Source: Bacteroidales bacterium UBA3754 (GTDB taxonomy: Bacteria > Bacteroidota > Bacteroidia > Bacteroidales > UBA1715). Taken from it: a stretch of 64,000 nucleotides of DNA. The position numbers were made by a program, and so were the translations under genes. The notes under the pieces are model-generated. The model was not told the DNA's origin, did no database searches, and was given only the letters and a program-made list of their open reading frames with translations. The number at the start of each line of letters is the position of its first letter. Position 1 is the stretch's first letter. The DNA lies in NCBI GenBank assembly GCA_002371705.1, contig DFGI01000068.1:16911-80910 (forward strand), read 5' to 3'. Positions 1 to 10,238 of this stretch are shown piece after piece.

Positions 1-2085
1 TTTAGAAAATCGCCGAAGAAGCCACTCAACTGCAAACAAGTTGCGGTACAATTGGGTATCAACAACAAAGAGGGTTTGGCACTGACTGAAAAACATCTTG
101 CAACATTGGAACAAAAAGGCGAATTGCAGGAATGCCAAAAAGGGAAATATCGTCTCAAAAATCAAATGGGAACCATCACTGGTCACATTGACATGACACC
201 CTACGGAACGGCATACGTCGTAAGTCCGCAACTCGAAGAGGATGTGTTCATTGCATCGCCTAACTTAAATCATGCGTTGAACAACGATTTGGTAAAAGTT
301 TCGCTCTTTGCCCCTCACGGCAGACGCTCTCGTTTGGAAGGCGAAGTGGTTGAAATTCTTGAAGAAGGACGACGTGAATTTGTAGGCATAATCGAACGGA
401 ACTCAAAATATGCGTTTGTGATTGTTGACAAACGATACATTCCCTACGACATCTTTGTGGCTAACGACGATGCTATGGACGCAAAGAACGGACAAAAAGT
501 TGTAGTTCAAATAGTTGAATGGCCAAAGAAAGCAAAAAATCCTATCGGGAAGGTTGTGAAAGTGCTGGGCGACGTTGGCAACAACGAGACCGAAATGCAC
601 GCCATTCTCGAAGAATTTGATTTGCCATATCATTTTACAAAGGAACTCGAAGACGAGGCAAACGCCCTGCCCGACGAGATTCCAGCCGCAGAAATCAAGA
701 GCCGCCGCGATTTCCGCGACGTGACCACGTTCACCATCGACCCTGCCGACGCAAAGGATTTTGACGATGCGCTGTCGATTGAGTTCTTGGAAGACGAAAC
801 GTACCGAATCGGCGTGCATATTGCCGATGTGACATATTATGTCCGTCCCGGCTCAAAGTTGGAGGAAGAAGCCCAGAAACGTGCCACATCGGTCTATTTG
901 GTTGACCGCGTGGTTCCTATGTTGCCCGAAAAACTGTCAAACAACGTCTGTTCGCTTCGACCAAACGAGGACAAACTGACGTTCTCCGCCGTGTTCATTA
1001 TGGACAAGGAAGCAAACGTGTTGAAAGAATGGTTTGGAAGAACCATAATTCGTTCAAACAGAAGATTTTCGTATGAGCAAGCTCAACAAGTGATTGAAAC
1101 ACACGAAGGCGACTTAGTTCAAGAAATTACCACGATGGACGCTTTAGCAAAAATCCTTCGTGCGAAACGCTACGAAAAAGGAGCCATCTCTTTCGACCGC
1201 AAGGAAGTGAAATTCAAGCTCGACAAGAACGGACGGCCTACAGGCGTGTATTTCAAGGAATCGAAAGACGCAAACAAACTCATTGAGGAATTTATGCTGC
1301 TCGCTAACAGAAAGGTTGCTGAATTTGTTGGAAAACGCAGTTCCGCACCTACATTCGTATATCGTGTACACGACAAGCCAGACGATATGAAGTTGCGTGA
1401 TTTCTCGAACTTTTTGAAGAAATTCGGATATAAAATCAATACTTCAGGTGGCGTTTCTACTTCTAAGTCTATCAATAAGTTACTTACCGACTTAAAAGGC
1501 AAAACGGAATGTGATATTTTTGCAGGTTTGGCTGTACGTTCTATGGCGAAGGCAATCTATACGACTGAAAATATTGGTCACTATGGACTTGCGTTCGACT
1601 ACTATTGTCACTTCACCTCGCCTATCCGCCGTTACCCCGATATGATGGTTCACCGTCTGCTCGACCGGTATTTGAAGAAGAAACCGAGCGTTTCGCAAGA
1701 AGAATTCGAAGAATACTGCAAACATTCGTCTTCGCGCGAACAATTGGCGGCAAATGCCGAGCGAGCTTCAATCAAATACAAGCAAGTTGAATGGATGAAA
1801 GACCACGTAGGCGAAATATTTGAAGGAACAATCACCAGCATCACCGAATGGGGCTTCTACGTGGAATTGGACGGCAATTTATGCGAAGGAATGGTATCGC
1901 TCAGGGATTTGAGCGACGACATGTATTCGTTTGATGAGCGAAATTACTGTCTGCGAGGACGTTACACCGGCAACGAATACACGTTGGGCGACCGCGTGAC
2001 CATTAAAATCGCCCGTGCAGACTTAATCAAACGACAATTGGATTACATTTTAATTACAGACGAAGCAAATGCTGAAAAAGAATAA
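1..2085 (+). CDS. rnr: Ribonuclease R (RNase II/VacB-family 3'-5' exoribonuclease), 5' end truncated by window edge
   Basis: Frame 1 is open from base 1 (FRKSPKKPLNCKQVAVQLG precedes the listed TTG at 52), so the N-terminus lies upstream. RNB-domain motifs FTIDPADAKDFDDALS, HIADVTYYV and HYGLAFDYYCHFTSPIRRYPDMMVHR are present. The C-terminus has an S1-like segment, GTITSITEWGFYVEL. Confidence 0.9.
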   Translation, partial: FRKSPKKPLNCKQVAVQLGINNKEGLALTEKHLATLEQKGELQECQKGKYRLKNQMGTITGHIDMTPYGTAYVVSPQLEEDVFIASPNLNHALNNDLVKVSLFAPHGRRSRLEGEVVEILEEGRREFVGIIERNSKYAFVIVDKRYIPYDIFVANDDAMDAKNGQKVVVQIVEWPKKAKNPIGKVVKVLGDVGNNETEMHAILEEFDLPYHFTKELEDEANALPDEIPAAEIKSRRDFRDVTTFTIDPADAKDFDDALSIEFLEDETYRIGVHIADVTYYVRPGSKLEEEAQKRATSVYLVDRVVPMLPEKLSNNVCSLRPNEDKLTFSAVFIMDKEANVLKEWFGRTIIRSNRRFSYEQAQQVIETHEGDLVQEITTMDALAKILRAKRYEKGAISFDRKEVKFKLDKNGRPTGVYFKESKDANKLIEEFMLLANRKVAEFVGKRSSAPTFVYRVHDKPDDMKLRDFSNFLKKFGYKINTSGGVSTSKSINKLLTDLKGKTECDIFAGLAVRSMAKAIYTTENIGHYGLAFDYYCHFTSPIRRYPDMMVHRLLDRYLKKKPSVSQEEFEEYCKHSSSREQLAANAERASIKYKQVEWMKDHVGEIFEGTITSITEWGFYVELDGNLCEGMVSLRDLSDDMYSFDERNYCLRGRYTGNEYTLGDRVTIKIARADLIKRQLDYILITDEANAEKE

Positions 2086-2102
2086 AAAAATTTGAGCTAC
2101 AT

Positions 2103-3002
2103 TCACTCAAACGGATTTTCTTTTGTGAAATCAGGCTGGTAATAATCGTTGCTTTCCAACAATTGTGTCCAGCCTCTTTCAAATCCTAATTCATCCAACA
2201 CATCCAAAACACGATTATATTCCGTAGTGGTAATAGCACGATTTATTTTTTTGATCCCCATAGCCTTATACACAGGAAAATATTGCGACATAAGCGAAAC
2301 AAAAACATCGGTGGAACATTCTTTCGCTATCATTTTTAACGTAGCCAAGCTATTTTCCACATGATTCGGCAATACTAAATGCCGAATGATGAGAGCAGGA
2401 TTTTCGTCTTTGATTTGTGATTTTTTCTGACGATACATTTCCTTGATAGCTGAAATCGCAATTTTACTATAATTCTGAATACCAGAAAGTTGTTTTCCTA
2501 TTTCATCGTCGGCATATTTGAAATCGGGCAAATAAATATCCACAACAGGTTCTAATTGTTGCAAGGTTTCCACCATTTCATAGGCATTGGTGTTATATAT
2601 TATCTTAGGAAAAAATCCTTGTTCGTGAACCAGTTCTATAATCCTAAGCATGTGCGGAATATGGCTCGTGGGCGACACAAAGCCAAGAAAATCAACATTT
2701 TTCCGTAATATTGAAATAATTTGTCCGACTGCCGTTTCATAATCCGTTACTTCATTCGGTATCACTGTTTGTGGTTGGCTAATCTGATAATTCTGGCAAT
2801 ACACACACCTCAGATTGCAATGCGAGAAAAACACGTTACACACGCCGTTTTCACTTCCATCAATCGGTTCCTCGCCCTTATGCAAACTAATGTTTGCTAT
2901 GTGCAGCCCAGCATTGAGACGGCAAAATCCCAATTCACCCTGTTCACGATTTACGGAACAACGATGCGGACAAAGCGTACAATTTGTAAATGAAATCGCC
3001 AT
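2103..3002 (-). CDS. Radical SAM protein, PflX/COG1313-like (pyruvate formate-lyase activase homologue)
   Basis: CX3CX2C radical-SAM motif CNLRCVYCQN, plus an N-terminal Cys cluster CTLCPHRCSVNREQGELGFC. The ATG start at 3002 was verified. About 300 aa, which fits this family. Confidence 0.7.
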   Translation of the reverse strand: MAISFTNCTLCPHRCSVNREQGELGFCRLNAGLHIANISLHKGEEPIDGSENGVCNVFFSHCNLRCVYCQNYQISQPQTVIPNEVTDYETAVGQIISILRKNVDFLGFVSPTSHIPHMLRIIELVHEQGFFPKIIYNTNAYEMVETLQQLEPVVDIYLPDFKYADDEIGKQLSGIQNYSKIAISAIKEMYRQKKSQIKDENPALIIRHLVLPNHVENSLATLKMIAKECSTDVFVSLMSQYFPVYKAMGIKKINRAITTTEYNRVLDVLDELGFERGWTQLLESNDYYQPDFTKENPFE

Positions 3003-3032
3003 GACATTTTAATCAGCCGCAAATATAGAAAC

Positions 3033-3060
3033 AAAAAAGGGCGAATAAATTATTCGCCCC
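3033..3060 (-). terminator. Intrinsic terminator after the SIMPL-domain gene
   Basis: On the minus strand: GGGCGAATA / loop / TATTCGCCC, followed by TTTTTTG. Confidence 0.55.
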
Positions 3061-3081
3061 TATTAATTTGATTTTTAAATA

Positions 3082-3789
3082 TTAATTCAAATAATAATCA
3101 ATCGTTGTAACCACACGGATTGTTTTGATGAACGGAGTGTTGTCGTCACGGTCGGAAATAGAGAATTGACCTTGATTTGCAAATTTAATACCGCCCAAGT
3201 TTGATTTTGAATCAGATGCGAATTTTTCAGCAACTACACGAGCGTTCTGCGTAGCTTCCTCAATCATTTGTGGTTTCAAATCATTCAAACCAGTAAATTC
3301 AAATTTAGTTGTATTACCTTCCCAAGAATCGCCAACAGCAATGGCAACGCCTTGTTTCAGCAATTCTTCCTGCGAAGAAAGCAACTTACGAACCAATTCA
3401 ACCTTATTCGTAGATACGGTAATTACTTTAGAAACCTGGTAACGAGTATGAACATAGTCAGAAACATAGCGTTCCGCTTGACGGTCATAAACATTTGTGG
3501 CAGAGGTACTTATTTCCGACTCATCAATACCATTTTTCTTCAAAAACGACATCACTTTGTTTGTTTTTGCCGACATTGTTTCGTACAAACCAGGTAAATC
3601 GTTGCCCACATCTTTCAATGTAATTGGCCACGTAACTTTATCCGCCATAACTTCACGTTCGGCAAGACCTTTAACAGAAACATAGTTGTCTTTTTTGGCA
3701 AAATTGTCAATTCCCGTTTTGAGAAGAAAACCCATACCGATTAATCCACACATAATCAGTACCGCTGAAATGATTTTTGATTTATCCAT
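3082..3789 (-). CDS. SIMPL (DUF541) domain periplasmic/membrane-anchored protein
   Basis: N-terminal TM anchor IISAVLIMCGLIGMGFLL. Size (235 aa) and overall pattern resemble SIMPL/YggE-type proteins. The family call is from recollection, not a search. Confidence 0.55.
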   Translation of the reverse strand: MDKSKIISAVLIMCGLIGMGFLLKTGIDNFAKKDNYVSVKGLAEREVMADKVTWPITLKDVGNDLPGLYETMSAKTNKVMSFLKKNGIDESEISTSATNVYDRQAERYVSDYVHTRYQVSKVITVSTNKVELVRKLLSSQEELLKQGVAIAVGDSWEGNTTKFEFTGLNDLKPQMIEEATQNARVVAEKFASDSKSNLGGIKFANQGQFSISDRDDNTPFIKTIRVVTTIDYYLN

Positions 3790-3883
3790 GACTTTTAAAT
3801 TTTAAGGTTACAGCAAATGTAATAAAATCCCCATTAGATTATCCATATCAACAGACTTTTTTATAGAATTCACACTCCTAATT

Positions 3884-5575
3884 CTACCTAAAAAAAGTAT
3901 ATTCATTCTCTAATACATTATGGCACAAATCTTCCAACACGATTTTCAAAGAGTGGTTTTTGCCCAATTCAAGTCGTGCGTCATCAAACCAAAGGAACAC
4001 TGCACCACTTTTGGCATCATAGTCAAGAATTTGCCACTGTCCGTCGATATACGCATTATATTTTCCAACGCCAGAATAATTGTCCGACATTTTAAATAAT
4101 ATGTATGGTTTTGCCGACATATCCGCACTATCAGCCATGGTCATTTTTATAGTTGGTGCAACCGTATCAACAACCACAGCAAATTTTCCGCCACTCTTTA
4201 TAAATGCATGCGCACAACCGTTGTCGTCGAATTTCGTCATAATGGGCGTTTTCCGACTGCAATTTTCTATGATACCTTTCCCCTGCAATGAATCGGGCAA
4301 CGAATATGGTATGATTATTTCTGCAGATTTTTTAAAGATAACTTGATCAGTAACTATTTGATACTGTTTTGAATAATACCGTTTTTTAGGATTGGTTTCG
4401 TCAATTTTCACATCGAATGTGAAATCCGTAAAAAATGTTTTTTCCTTTGCCTTAAACTGAAATTTTCCGTCTGTATAGACCAACGAATCCATGCAACTTT
4501 TCTTTTCAACTGATTTACAAGCTTTTACATCAAGACTATCGTTGTGGACTTGTTTCAAATAAATAGTAACAGCAGCTGTGTTTCCCACAAAGTCGGTGGC
4601 TCGTATTTCGCACTGAGCCAACTCATTACCATCAGTTTTATAAATTCCCTGATTGTCAAGTTTGGTATAAATTTCAAGTTCGTTGTTTTGGGTCTTAAAC
4701 ATCCGTTCGTAGTTACGTTTCGAAGCCAAGCGCTCCTCGTAGTCAATCAAACTATTGATGTCGGCAGTTGTTCCAAAGTCAATCTCATCAATTTTTCTTG
4801 AATAAATTGTTTTTCCGTTACACGTAAGCGTAGTCGTATAAAATCCGTACACATTCGACATTTCTGGCATATAGTCGAATCCTTGCACCGAAAATCCTAT
4901 ATTCCCCCACACGGTAACAGGTTCTTTCAGCACATATACGCCATTCCCTTTTGAAACCGTTTCAAACAACTGTTTTTTCTGTTTGTGGTTTACAAAACTG
5001 TTTGAATCCATTGGATACACACCAACGCGGAAAATTTTTGGAGGCACGTTATCCTTCAAATCGTAGAACAGCATTGGGTTCAATGCGTGCTGATTTTCGG
5101 TTTTCCGTATTTCGAAATGCAAATGCGGTCCGCCAGAGCTGCCCGTATTTCCTGACAATGCAATTTGCTGTCCTTTTGCCACAGGGACTTGGTCGGGTGT
5201 GAGCGTTATATTCACCGTATGCACTTTTTTCTCATATTGATATGCCTTCACAATGGAATCAATCCGAGGGTCAAACGCTTTCAAATGGGCGTAAACCGTG
5301 GTATAGCCGCAAGGATGGTCAACATACAACACATGCCCATACCCCGTTGGTGTGACTTGTATTCTCGACACAAATCCCGAATCAACCGCACGGACAACCT
5401 TACCCTCTACTTTGTCGGTCTTCATATCAAGTCCCGAATGAAAATGGTTTGGACGAAGTTCACCAAAATTCGCCGACAAATATACAGGACGCAAGTCCAT
5501 AGGAAATATAAAATCCTGAGCTGCAATTGTTTGCGCAATCACATAATACGCCATAAACAAAATTAATCTTCGCAT
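3884..5575 (-). CDS. M23-family metallopeptidase with a long C-terminal extension
   Basis: Signal peptide present. HxxxD motif HFHSGLDM and HxH motif GGPHLHFEIR. About 370 aa of C-terminal sequence is unassigned. Confidence 0.85.
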   Translation of the reverse strand: MRRLILFMAYYVIAQTIAAQDFIFPMDLRPVYLSANFGELRPNHFHSGLDMKTDKVEGKVVRAVDSGFVSRIQVTPTGYGHVLYVDHPCGYTTVYAHLKAFDPRIDSIVKAYQYEKKVHTVNITLTPDQVPVAKGQQIALSGNTGSSGGPHLHFEIRKTENQHALNPMLFYDLKDNVPPKIFRVGVYPMDSNSFVNHKQKKQLFETVSKGNGVYVLKEPVTVWGNIGFSVQGFDYMPEMSNVYGFYTTTLTCNGKTIYSRKIDEIDFGTTADINSLIDYEERLASKRNYERMFKTQNNELEIYTKLDNQGIYKTDGNELAQCEIRATDFVGNTAAVTIYLKQVHNDSLDVKACKSVEKKSCMDSLVYTDGKFQFKAKEKTFFTDFTFDVKIDETNPKKRYYSKQYQIVTDQVIFKKSAEIIIPYSLPDSLQGKGIIENCSRKTPIMTKFDDNGCAHAFIKSGGKFAVVVDTVAPTIKMTMADSADMSAKPYILFKMSDNYSGVGKYNAYIDGQWQILDYDAKSGAVFLWFDDARLELGKNHSLKIVLEDLCHNVLENEYTFFR

Positions 5576-5679
5576 CTACGTCTAAAAATATCGGTGCTAA
5601 AATATTTTGAAATTCCCTATCAAGCAAATGAAAATATAAACGAATTACCAACAAAACTTGGCGTATTAGTATAAAATCG

Positions 5680-5687
5680 TATTTTTG
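5680..5687 (+). promoter_or_regulatory. Bacteroidota sigma-A -7 box (TATTTTTG) for the ABC exporter gene
   Basis: Matches TAnnTTTG. CTTG lies at 5657-5660, 19 nt upstream. The ATG at 5701 is 13 nt downstream. Confidence 0.45.
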
Positions 5688-5700
5688 CAAAAAAAGTAAT

Positions 5701-7521
5701 ATGAGCGATTTCAAAAAACTGTGGAGATACCTATCAAATTATAAAAAAAATCTTGTTTTAGTATTTTTTTTCAACCTATTTGGTGCAATTTTTTCATTTG
5801 GTATGGTTGCAGCCATCATTCCATTTCTTAATGTGTTGTTCGACAACACCCAGCAGGTACACGAACTTCCGGAAACGTTTGTAATGAGCAAAGACAACCT
5901 TCTCCTCTATCTCAACTACTATTTAACATTGGTGATTGAGCGTTGGGACAAATCAATGGCTCTTATATTTATATGTGCATTCTTGATTTTTGTAACGTTC
6001 CTAAAAGACACGGCGGAGTATTTCGGAAAATATTTCAACATTCCTATCGTGAACGGCGTGCCGCGCGACATATACAACATTGCGTATTTCAAGATTTTAC
6101 AATTGCCAGTGTTCTTCTTTACCAATGAACGGAAAGGCGATATTATGTCAAGAATGTCATCGGATATTACCGTTGTGCGCAATAGTATGAATTCGTTCAT
6201 TGACTTGATAAAAAACCCTCTCTATATATTAGTGTATTTTATTGGTATTGTGATAATTAGCTACAAAATGACATTGATGGTGTTTGTTTTGTTGCCGTTT
6301 ATGGGAATCGTTACAGGAAAAATCGGAAAGAGTCTGAAAAAATCAACCAACCGCACGCAAGAACTGCAAGGCGACATAATGGTTTACATTGACGAAACGC
6401 TGTCGGGACTGAAAGTCATCAAGATTTTCAATGGTATAGCGCAGATGCACAAACAATTTGAATCGCGGAGCGACGCGCACTACCGTGAGCAGAACCGTGC
6501 GAACCGCAAATACAGTCTTGCCCATCCACTCACCGACTTTTTGATTGTGGTGATTTTGTCCATAGCAATTTATTTTGGTGGAAAACTTGTGCTTATGGAC
6601 GATGGCGGCATGTCTGCCGAAGCGTTCATTGCATTTGTGTTGGCGTTCACACAGATTGCAAGCCCAGCAAAATCGTTCACGTCGGCATTCTACAATATTA
6701 AGCAAGGAGCTGCCGGCATCGACCGTATTGAAAAAATCATCAACGCCGATGCAAAAATCGAAGACAAACCGAATGCCATGCCAATACATTCATTCTCGGA
6801 TTCCATTGAATTTAAGAATGTTACATTTGGCTACACAAAAGAACGGGTTGTCCTAAACGACATAAACCTCACCATTCCGAAAGGAAAATCCATAGCATTG
6901 GTTGGGCAATCGGGTTCGGGAAAAACAACCATCGCTAACCTAATACCACGTTTCTACGAGCCAACCATTGGCGCCATAACAATAGACGGCGTTCCTCTAC
7001 CAGAATACAAACTATCGGATTTGCGTGGACTAATAGGCATTGTGACCCAAGAATCGCTGTTGTTTAACGATTCCGTGTTCAACAACATTGCATTTGGTAT
7101 AGAAAACCCTGATAGAGAGAAAGTTATAGAAGCTGCAAAACTTGCCAATGCCCACGATTTCATTATGGAAATGGAACAAGGCTATGAAACCAACATTGGC
7201 GACCAAGGCGGAAAACTTTCGGGTGGACAGCGCCAACGCCTTTGCATAGCCCGTGCAATTATGAAAAACCCACAAATACTTATTCTCGACGAGGCCACTT
7301 CAGCCCTCGACACCGAATCGGAACGATTGGTACAAGAAGCTTTGTCGAACTTGATGAAAGACAGGACTTCGTTGGTTATCGCCCACCGACTTTCCACCAT
7401 CAAAAATTCCGACAATATTGTTGTTCTCAACGAAGGAAGAATTGTGGAATCGGGCAAGCACGATGAACTTATTGAACTCAACGGCGCATACAAACGTTTA
7501 CACGATTTGCAGTTGATATAA
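5701..7521 (+). CDS. ABC transporter permease/ATPase fusion, MsbA-like lipid/multidrug exporter
   Basis: The N-terminal half has six hydrophobic segments. Walker A GQSGSGKTT, signature LSGGQRQRLCIARA, Walker B ILILDEATSALD. Confidence 0.85.
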   Translation: MSDFKKLWRYLSNYKKNLVLVFFFNLFGAIFSFGMVAAIIPFLNVLFDNTQQVHELPETFVMSKDNLLLYLNYYLTLVIERWDKSMALIFICAFLIFVTFLKDTAEYFGKYFNIPIVNGVPRDIYNIAYFKILQLPVFFFTNERKGDIMSRMSSDITVVRNSMNSFIDLIKNPLYILVYFIGIVIISYKMTLMVFVLLPFMGIVTGKIGKSLKKSTNRTQELQGDIMVYIDETLSGLKVIKIFNGIAQMHKQFESRSDAHYREQNRANRKYSLAHPLTDFLIVVILSIAIYFGGKLVLMDDGGMSAEAFIAFVLAFTQIASPAKSFTSAFYNIKQGAAGIDRIEKIINADAKIEDKPNAMPIHSFSDSIEFKNVTFGYTKERVVLNDINLTIPKGKSIALVGQSGSGKTTIANLIPRFYEPTIGAITIDGVPLPEYKLSDLRGLIGIVTQESLLFNDSVFNNIAFGIENPDREKVIEAAKLANAHDFIMEMEQGYETNIGDQGGKLSGGQRQRLCIARAIMKNPQILILDEATSALDTESERLVQEALSNLMKDRTSLVIAHRLSTIKNSDNIVVLNEGRIVESGKHDELIELNGAYKRLHDLQLI

Positions 7522-7522
7522 T

Positions 7523-8182
7523 TTAATCAGCTTTAAACGACAACGCTATTCCAATAATCGGCATTCCCCCCAACGATTTATTGTATAGTACACTATAATA
7601 CGGTTTTAATGTAGCGGAGAGGGCTGTTTTTGTAAACCAATCAAAGTTACAACCAACTTCCATTAACGGACAATAAATAGATGTATGTGAAGCATGCTGT
7701 TTAGAAATCCAAGACAATCCTACACCGAAATATGGGGTAAACAAAAAGTTTTTATATAAAAAGGTATTATATCCATAATACACTTTCCAAGAAAAAATTT
7801 GAATAGTATCATTCTCATTAATAGTACATCTTCCCTTTTTATACATATCTCTATTTGCCGTACCTCCCGAAAAATCAAAAGAAACGCCTAACAATGATTT
7901 TCTCGAATATAACGAGAAATCTAAACCAGCAGCAAGCCATAATGATAAATAATTATCATTTTTTTGATATGCTAGACCTCCCCCAATACGAGGTTCTTCA
8001 TAACCATAACGATTATACAACCTTTTAGGTACCTCTGCAATTTCACCATTCACGGTTACACATGTAGTTTCAACATTCAAAGCCGTATCATGCATAGTTT
8101 TCAATGTATCCAAACATTTTGTGCTGCTGTCGGATGTCTGCGCCTGCTCCAATGCAACCTCAGAAGAATAAAGCGGTTCCAT
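7523..8182 (-). CDS. Putative outer-membrane beta-barrel module lacking its own signal peptide; probably the distal part of a split gene
   Basis: Alternating aromatic/small-residue strands (FSWKVYYGYNTFLY, FTPYFGVGLSWIS, IIGIALSF) and no N-terminal signal peptide. Its reading frame stays open upstream to the A7 tract of the preceding ORF. Confidence 0.45.
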   Translation of the reverse strand: MEPLYSSEVALEQAQTSDSSTKCLDTLKTMHDTALNVETTCVTVNGEIAEVPKRLYNRYGYEEPRIGGGLAYQKNDNYLSLWLAAGLDFSLYSRKSLLGVSFDFSGGTANRDMYKKGRCTINENDTIQIFSWKVYYGYNTFLYKNFLFTPYFGVGLSWISKQHASHTSIYCPLMEVGCNFDWFTKTALSATLKPYYSVLYNKSLGGMPIIGIALSFKAD

Positions 8183-8217
8183 CCGAATAGTATCGGGAAC
8201 ATTTTTAACTGCGTATC

Positions 8218-8778
8218 TTACAGATTTATAACCAGTTTTTTTATTTCTACAATATCATTTTTCCTACCTTCAAAATCATGACTATATTTCCCCAAAACAT
8301 AAATATATGTTGTTACTCCTCGATTTACTAATATTATAATATCATCCAAGGGATTACCATCTTCATCAACAACATAAACTGAATATGACTTTCCATTGAC
8401 CAAAACATACATTTTTTGATAAAAGTACCCACTAATATGCATCCAACGATGTCGTATGCGTTTTTTATCTGGAATTAAGTGTTTCTTCTCTGGAACTAAC
8501 TGTATATTAAATTCTCGTTGCCCATCAACAAGAACCAACTGCGTTTCAAACCCGACATACGAAAATTCCAATTTACGGAGATCCGTCTTAATATTAGGAG
8601 GCACAGGCAAAATCCACGAACCATCCATTTCAGTAAAAGTTCCTATTGTTGTTCCTTCTATAGCAACAGAAGCAGCAATCAACGCAACGCCATTCGTATC
8701 CATAATCATTCCCCGCAATGTATCCTGCGCCCGTGTAATGTTGCCCAGCGTAACAAAACAAAGCACCAACACATACAT
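8218..8778 (-). CDS. Secreted CarboxypepD_reg-like domain protein; probably the proximal part of a split gene
   Basis: Signal peptide MYVLVLCFVTLGNITRAQ from the ATG at 8778. The segment LRGMIMDTNGVALIAASVAIEGTTIGTFTEMDGSWILPV...FSYVGFETQ resembles a carboxypeptidase regulatory-like domain. Confidence 0.55.
   Translation of the reverse strand: MYVLVLCFVTLGNITRAQDTLRGMIMDTNGVALIAASVAIEGTTIGTFTEMDGSWILPVPPNIKTDLRKLEFSYVGFETQLVLVDGQREFNIQLVPEKKHLIPDKKRIRHRWMHISGYFYQKMYVLVNGKSYSVYVVDEDGNPLDDIIILVNRGVTTYIYVLGKYSHDFEGRKNDIVEIKKLVINL
8236..8242 (-). repeat. A7 homopolymer (T7 on plus strand) at the junction of ORFs 8218-8778 and 7523-8182
   Basis: The coding strand reads GAA ATA AAA AAA CTG. The heptamer A AAA AAA is in X XXY YYZ phase. 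Confidence 0.9.
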
Positions 8779-8929
8779 TTTCAAAAATGTACAGCTACGT
8801 TTTTTCTCACAAAAAGTGTTATTCATATCAGATAGTTTCGAATCGTTGTACAAATGTACAAAAAACGAGCAAAATAAAAGGGAAAACCGCCGAGCAATTT
8901 CCCCTTTCTTTTATTCTAAAAAATCGTTG

Positions 8930-10225
8930 TTATTTCGCCTTTGTGGTAAAGGAAACGACGTCACTATACGATGTGCCAATTTTATTTGTTACGTATGCAC
9001 GAACGTAATATGTTGTGTTTGGTGTTAAGTTCGTTAAATTCCCATAATAAATTGAATTTGAACTCGATACCGTTACACTTTGGTTGTCTTCAACAGTTGG
9101 GAGCGTATTTTCATCAATTGTCCAGCAGAATCCACGAGATTGGATTGGTGCGGAACCATCAGAAACAATCACACCGCCTTCGGTTGCAGAATTGCTTGTG
9201 ATGCTGTAAGCGTTGAAGATGGAAACTATTGGCAACGACCACGTTAGGAATGAGCTTTGTTCGCCATACGCAACGCCGTTTTCAGTAATCACATACGCAC
9301 GAACATAATAAGTGACATTTTCCTCTATTTCTACCCAAACAGTATCTTTAAACGTGCCGATTTCGACCGTATTTGCTATCACTTTGTCTATCTTCTCATT
9401 ATCAACAGTTGGATTTGGATTTTTGCTCCAGCAGAAACCACATTGTGTCACAGGAACATTGCCCAACGTATCGGTGATTGTTCCAGCACAAACCACGAAA
9501 TATTTTCCATTTTCAACTTCAACAGCGCCAAGGTCAGTTTTTTTCACCACAGGATTATCCAAGGTTGTAAACGCTTTTTCCTCGCCGTATGCTGTACCAG
9601 CGGCATTGGTTACAAATGCCTTATAATAATACGTAGTGCTTGGCGTTAGATTCCGCATCCAAAGTACATATTGTGATTCTTTGCTAGAATTGTCCATAAA
9701 CACAATGGAATCGTTAATTGTTGGATTCGGATTTACGCTCCAGCAGAAACCTTTTTGTACAATAGTTGTGTCGCCATCGGCCTCAACCGCCCCGGCAGCT
9801 TCAGCGCAAGTACCCAATTTATCCTTCAATTCCAATGTTTTCACCACCAATTTTTTTGATGTTTTGAACGAGAAGTTTTCACTATACATCACGCCTGAGC
9901 CATTTTTTGCAAATGCACGGACATTGTAGGTTTTATTTTCATCCAAATTATTCAACTGGCATTGGAATACGCCAGCTCCGCCTTCTGCCGCATAAACAAC
10001 CGCATCAGTAATGGACGGATTTTCTCCGTTGCTCCAGCATATACCTCGTTCAGCAATTGTTGCCATTCCTTTTCCGATTTCGGCAGAAACCACTGCTGTG
10101 CTTCCTGTAACAGCCGACACGGATTTAATCGAAATTGATGTAGCATCCACTTTCGGATCCTTTTCACACCCTACCACACCTGCCAGTAAGGTTATCACAC
10201 ATCCCAAATATATAATACGATTCAT
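8930..10225 (-). CDS. Surface lipoprotein built from four ~100-aa tandem beta-sandwich (FN3-like) repeats
   Basis: Lipobox LLAGVVGC followed by the acidic EKD. Each repeat carries [GI/F]CW[ST]xxxNPTxxD and TTYY[VY][RK]A[YF]xxNxxGxxYG. The ATG at 10225 is preferred over the listed GTG at 10234. Confidence 0.7.
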   Translation of the reverse strand: MNRIIYLGCVITLLAGVVGCEKDPKVDATSISIKSVSAVTGSTAVVSAEIGKGMATIAERGICWSNGENPSITDAVVYAAEGGAGVFQCQLNNLDENKTYNVRAFAKNGSGVMYSENFSFKTSKKLVVKTLELKDKLGTCAEAAGAVEADGDTTIVQKGFCWSVNPNPTINDSIVFMDNSSKESQYVLWMRNLTPSTTYYYKAFVTNAAGTAYGEEKAFTTLDNPVVKKTDLGAVEVENGKYFVVCAGTITDTLGNVPVTQCGFCWSKNPNPTVDNEKIDKVIANTVEIGTFKDTVWVEIEENVTYYVRAYVITENGVAYGEQSSFLTWSLPIVSIFNAYSITSNSATEGGVIVSDGSAPIQSRGFCWTIDENTLPTVEDNQSVTVSSSNSIYYGNLTNLTPNTTYYVRAYVTNKIGTSYSDVVSFTTKAK

Positions 10226-10238
10226 AATAGTCACTATT

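Noticed and set aside
8456-9028. 190-aa plus-strand ORF. The same reasoning applies to 13277-13822, 11057-11560, 42203-42754, 45180-45701 and 29276-29812.
   Set aside because: All lie inside and antisense to (or span the junctions of) better-supported genes. They have no motifs and a biased shadow-frame composition.
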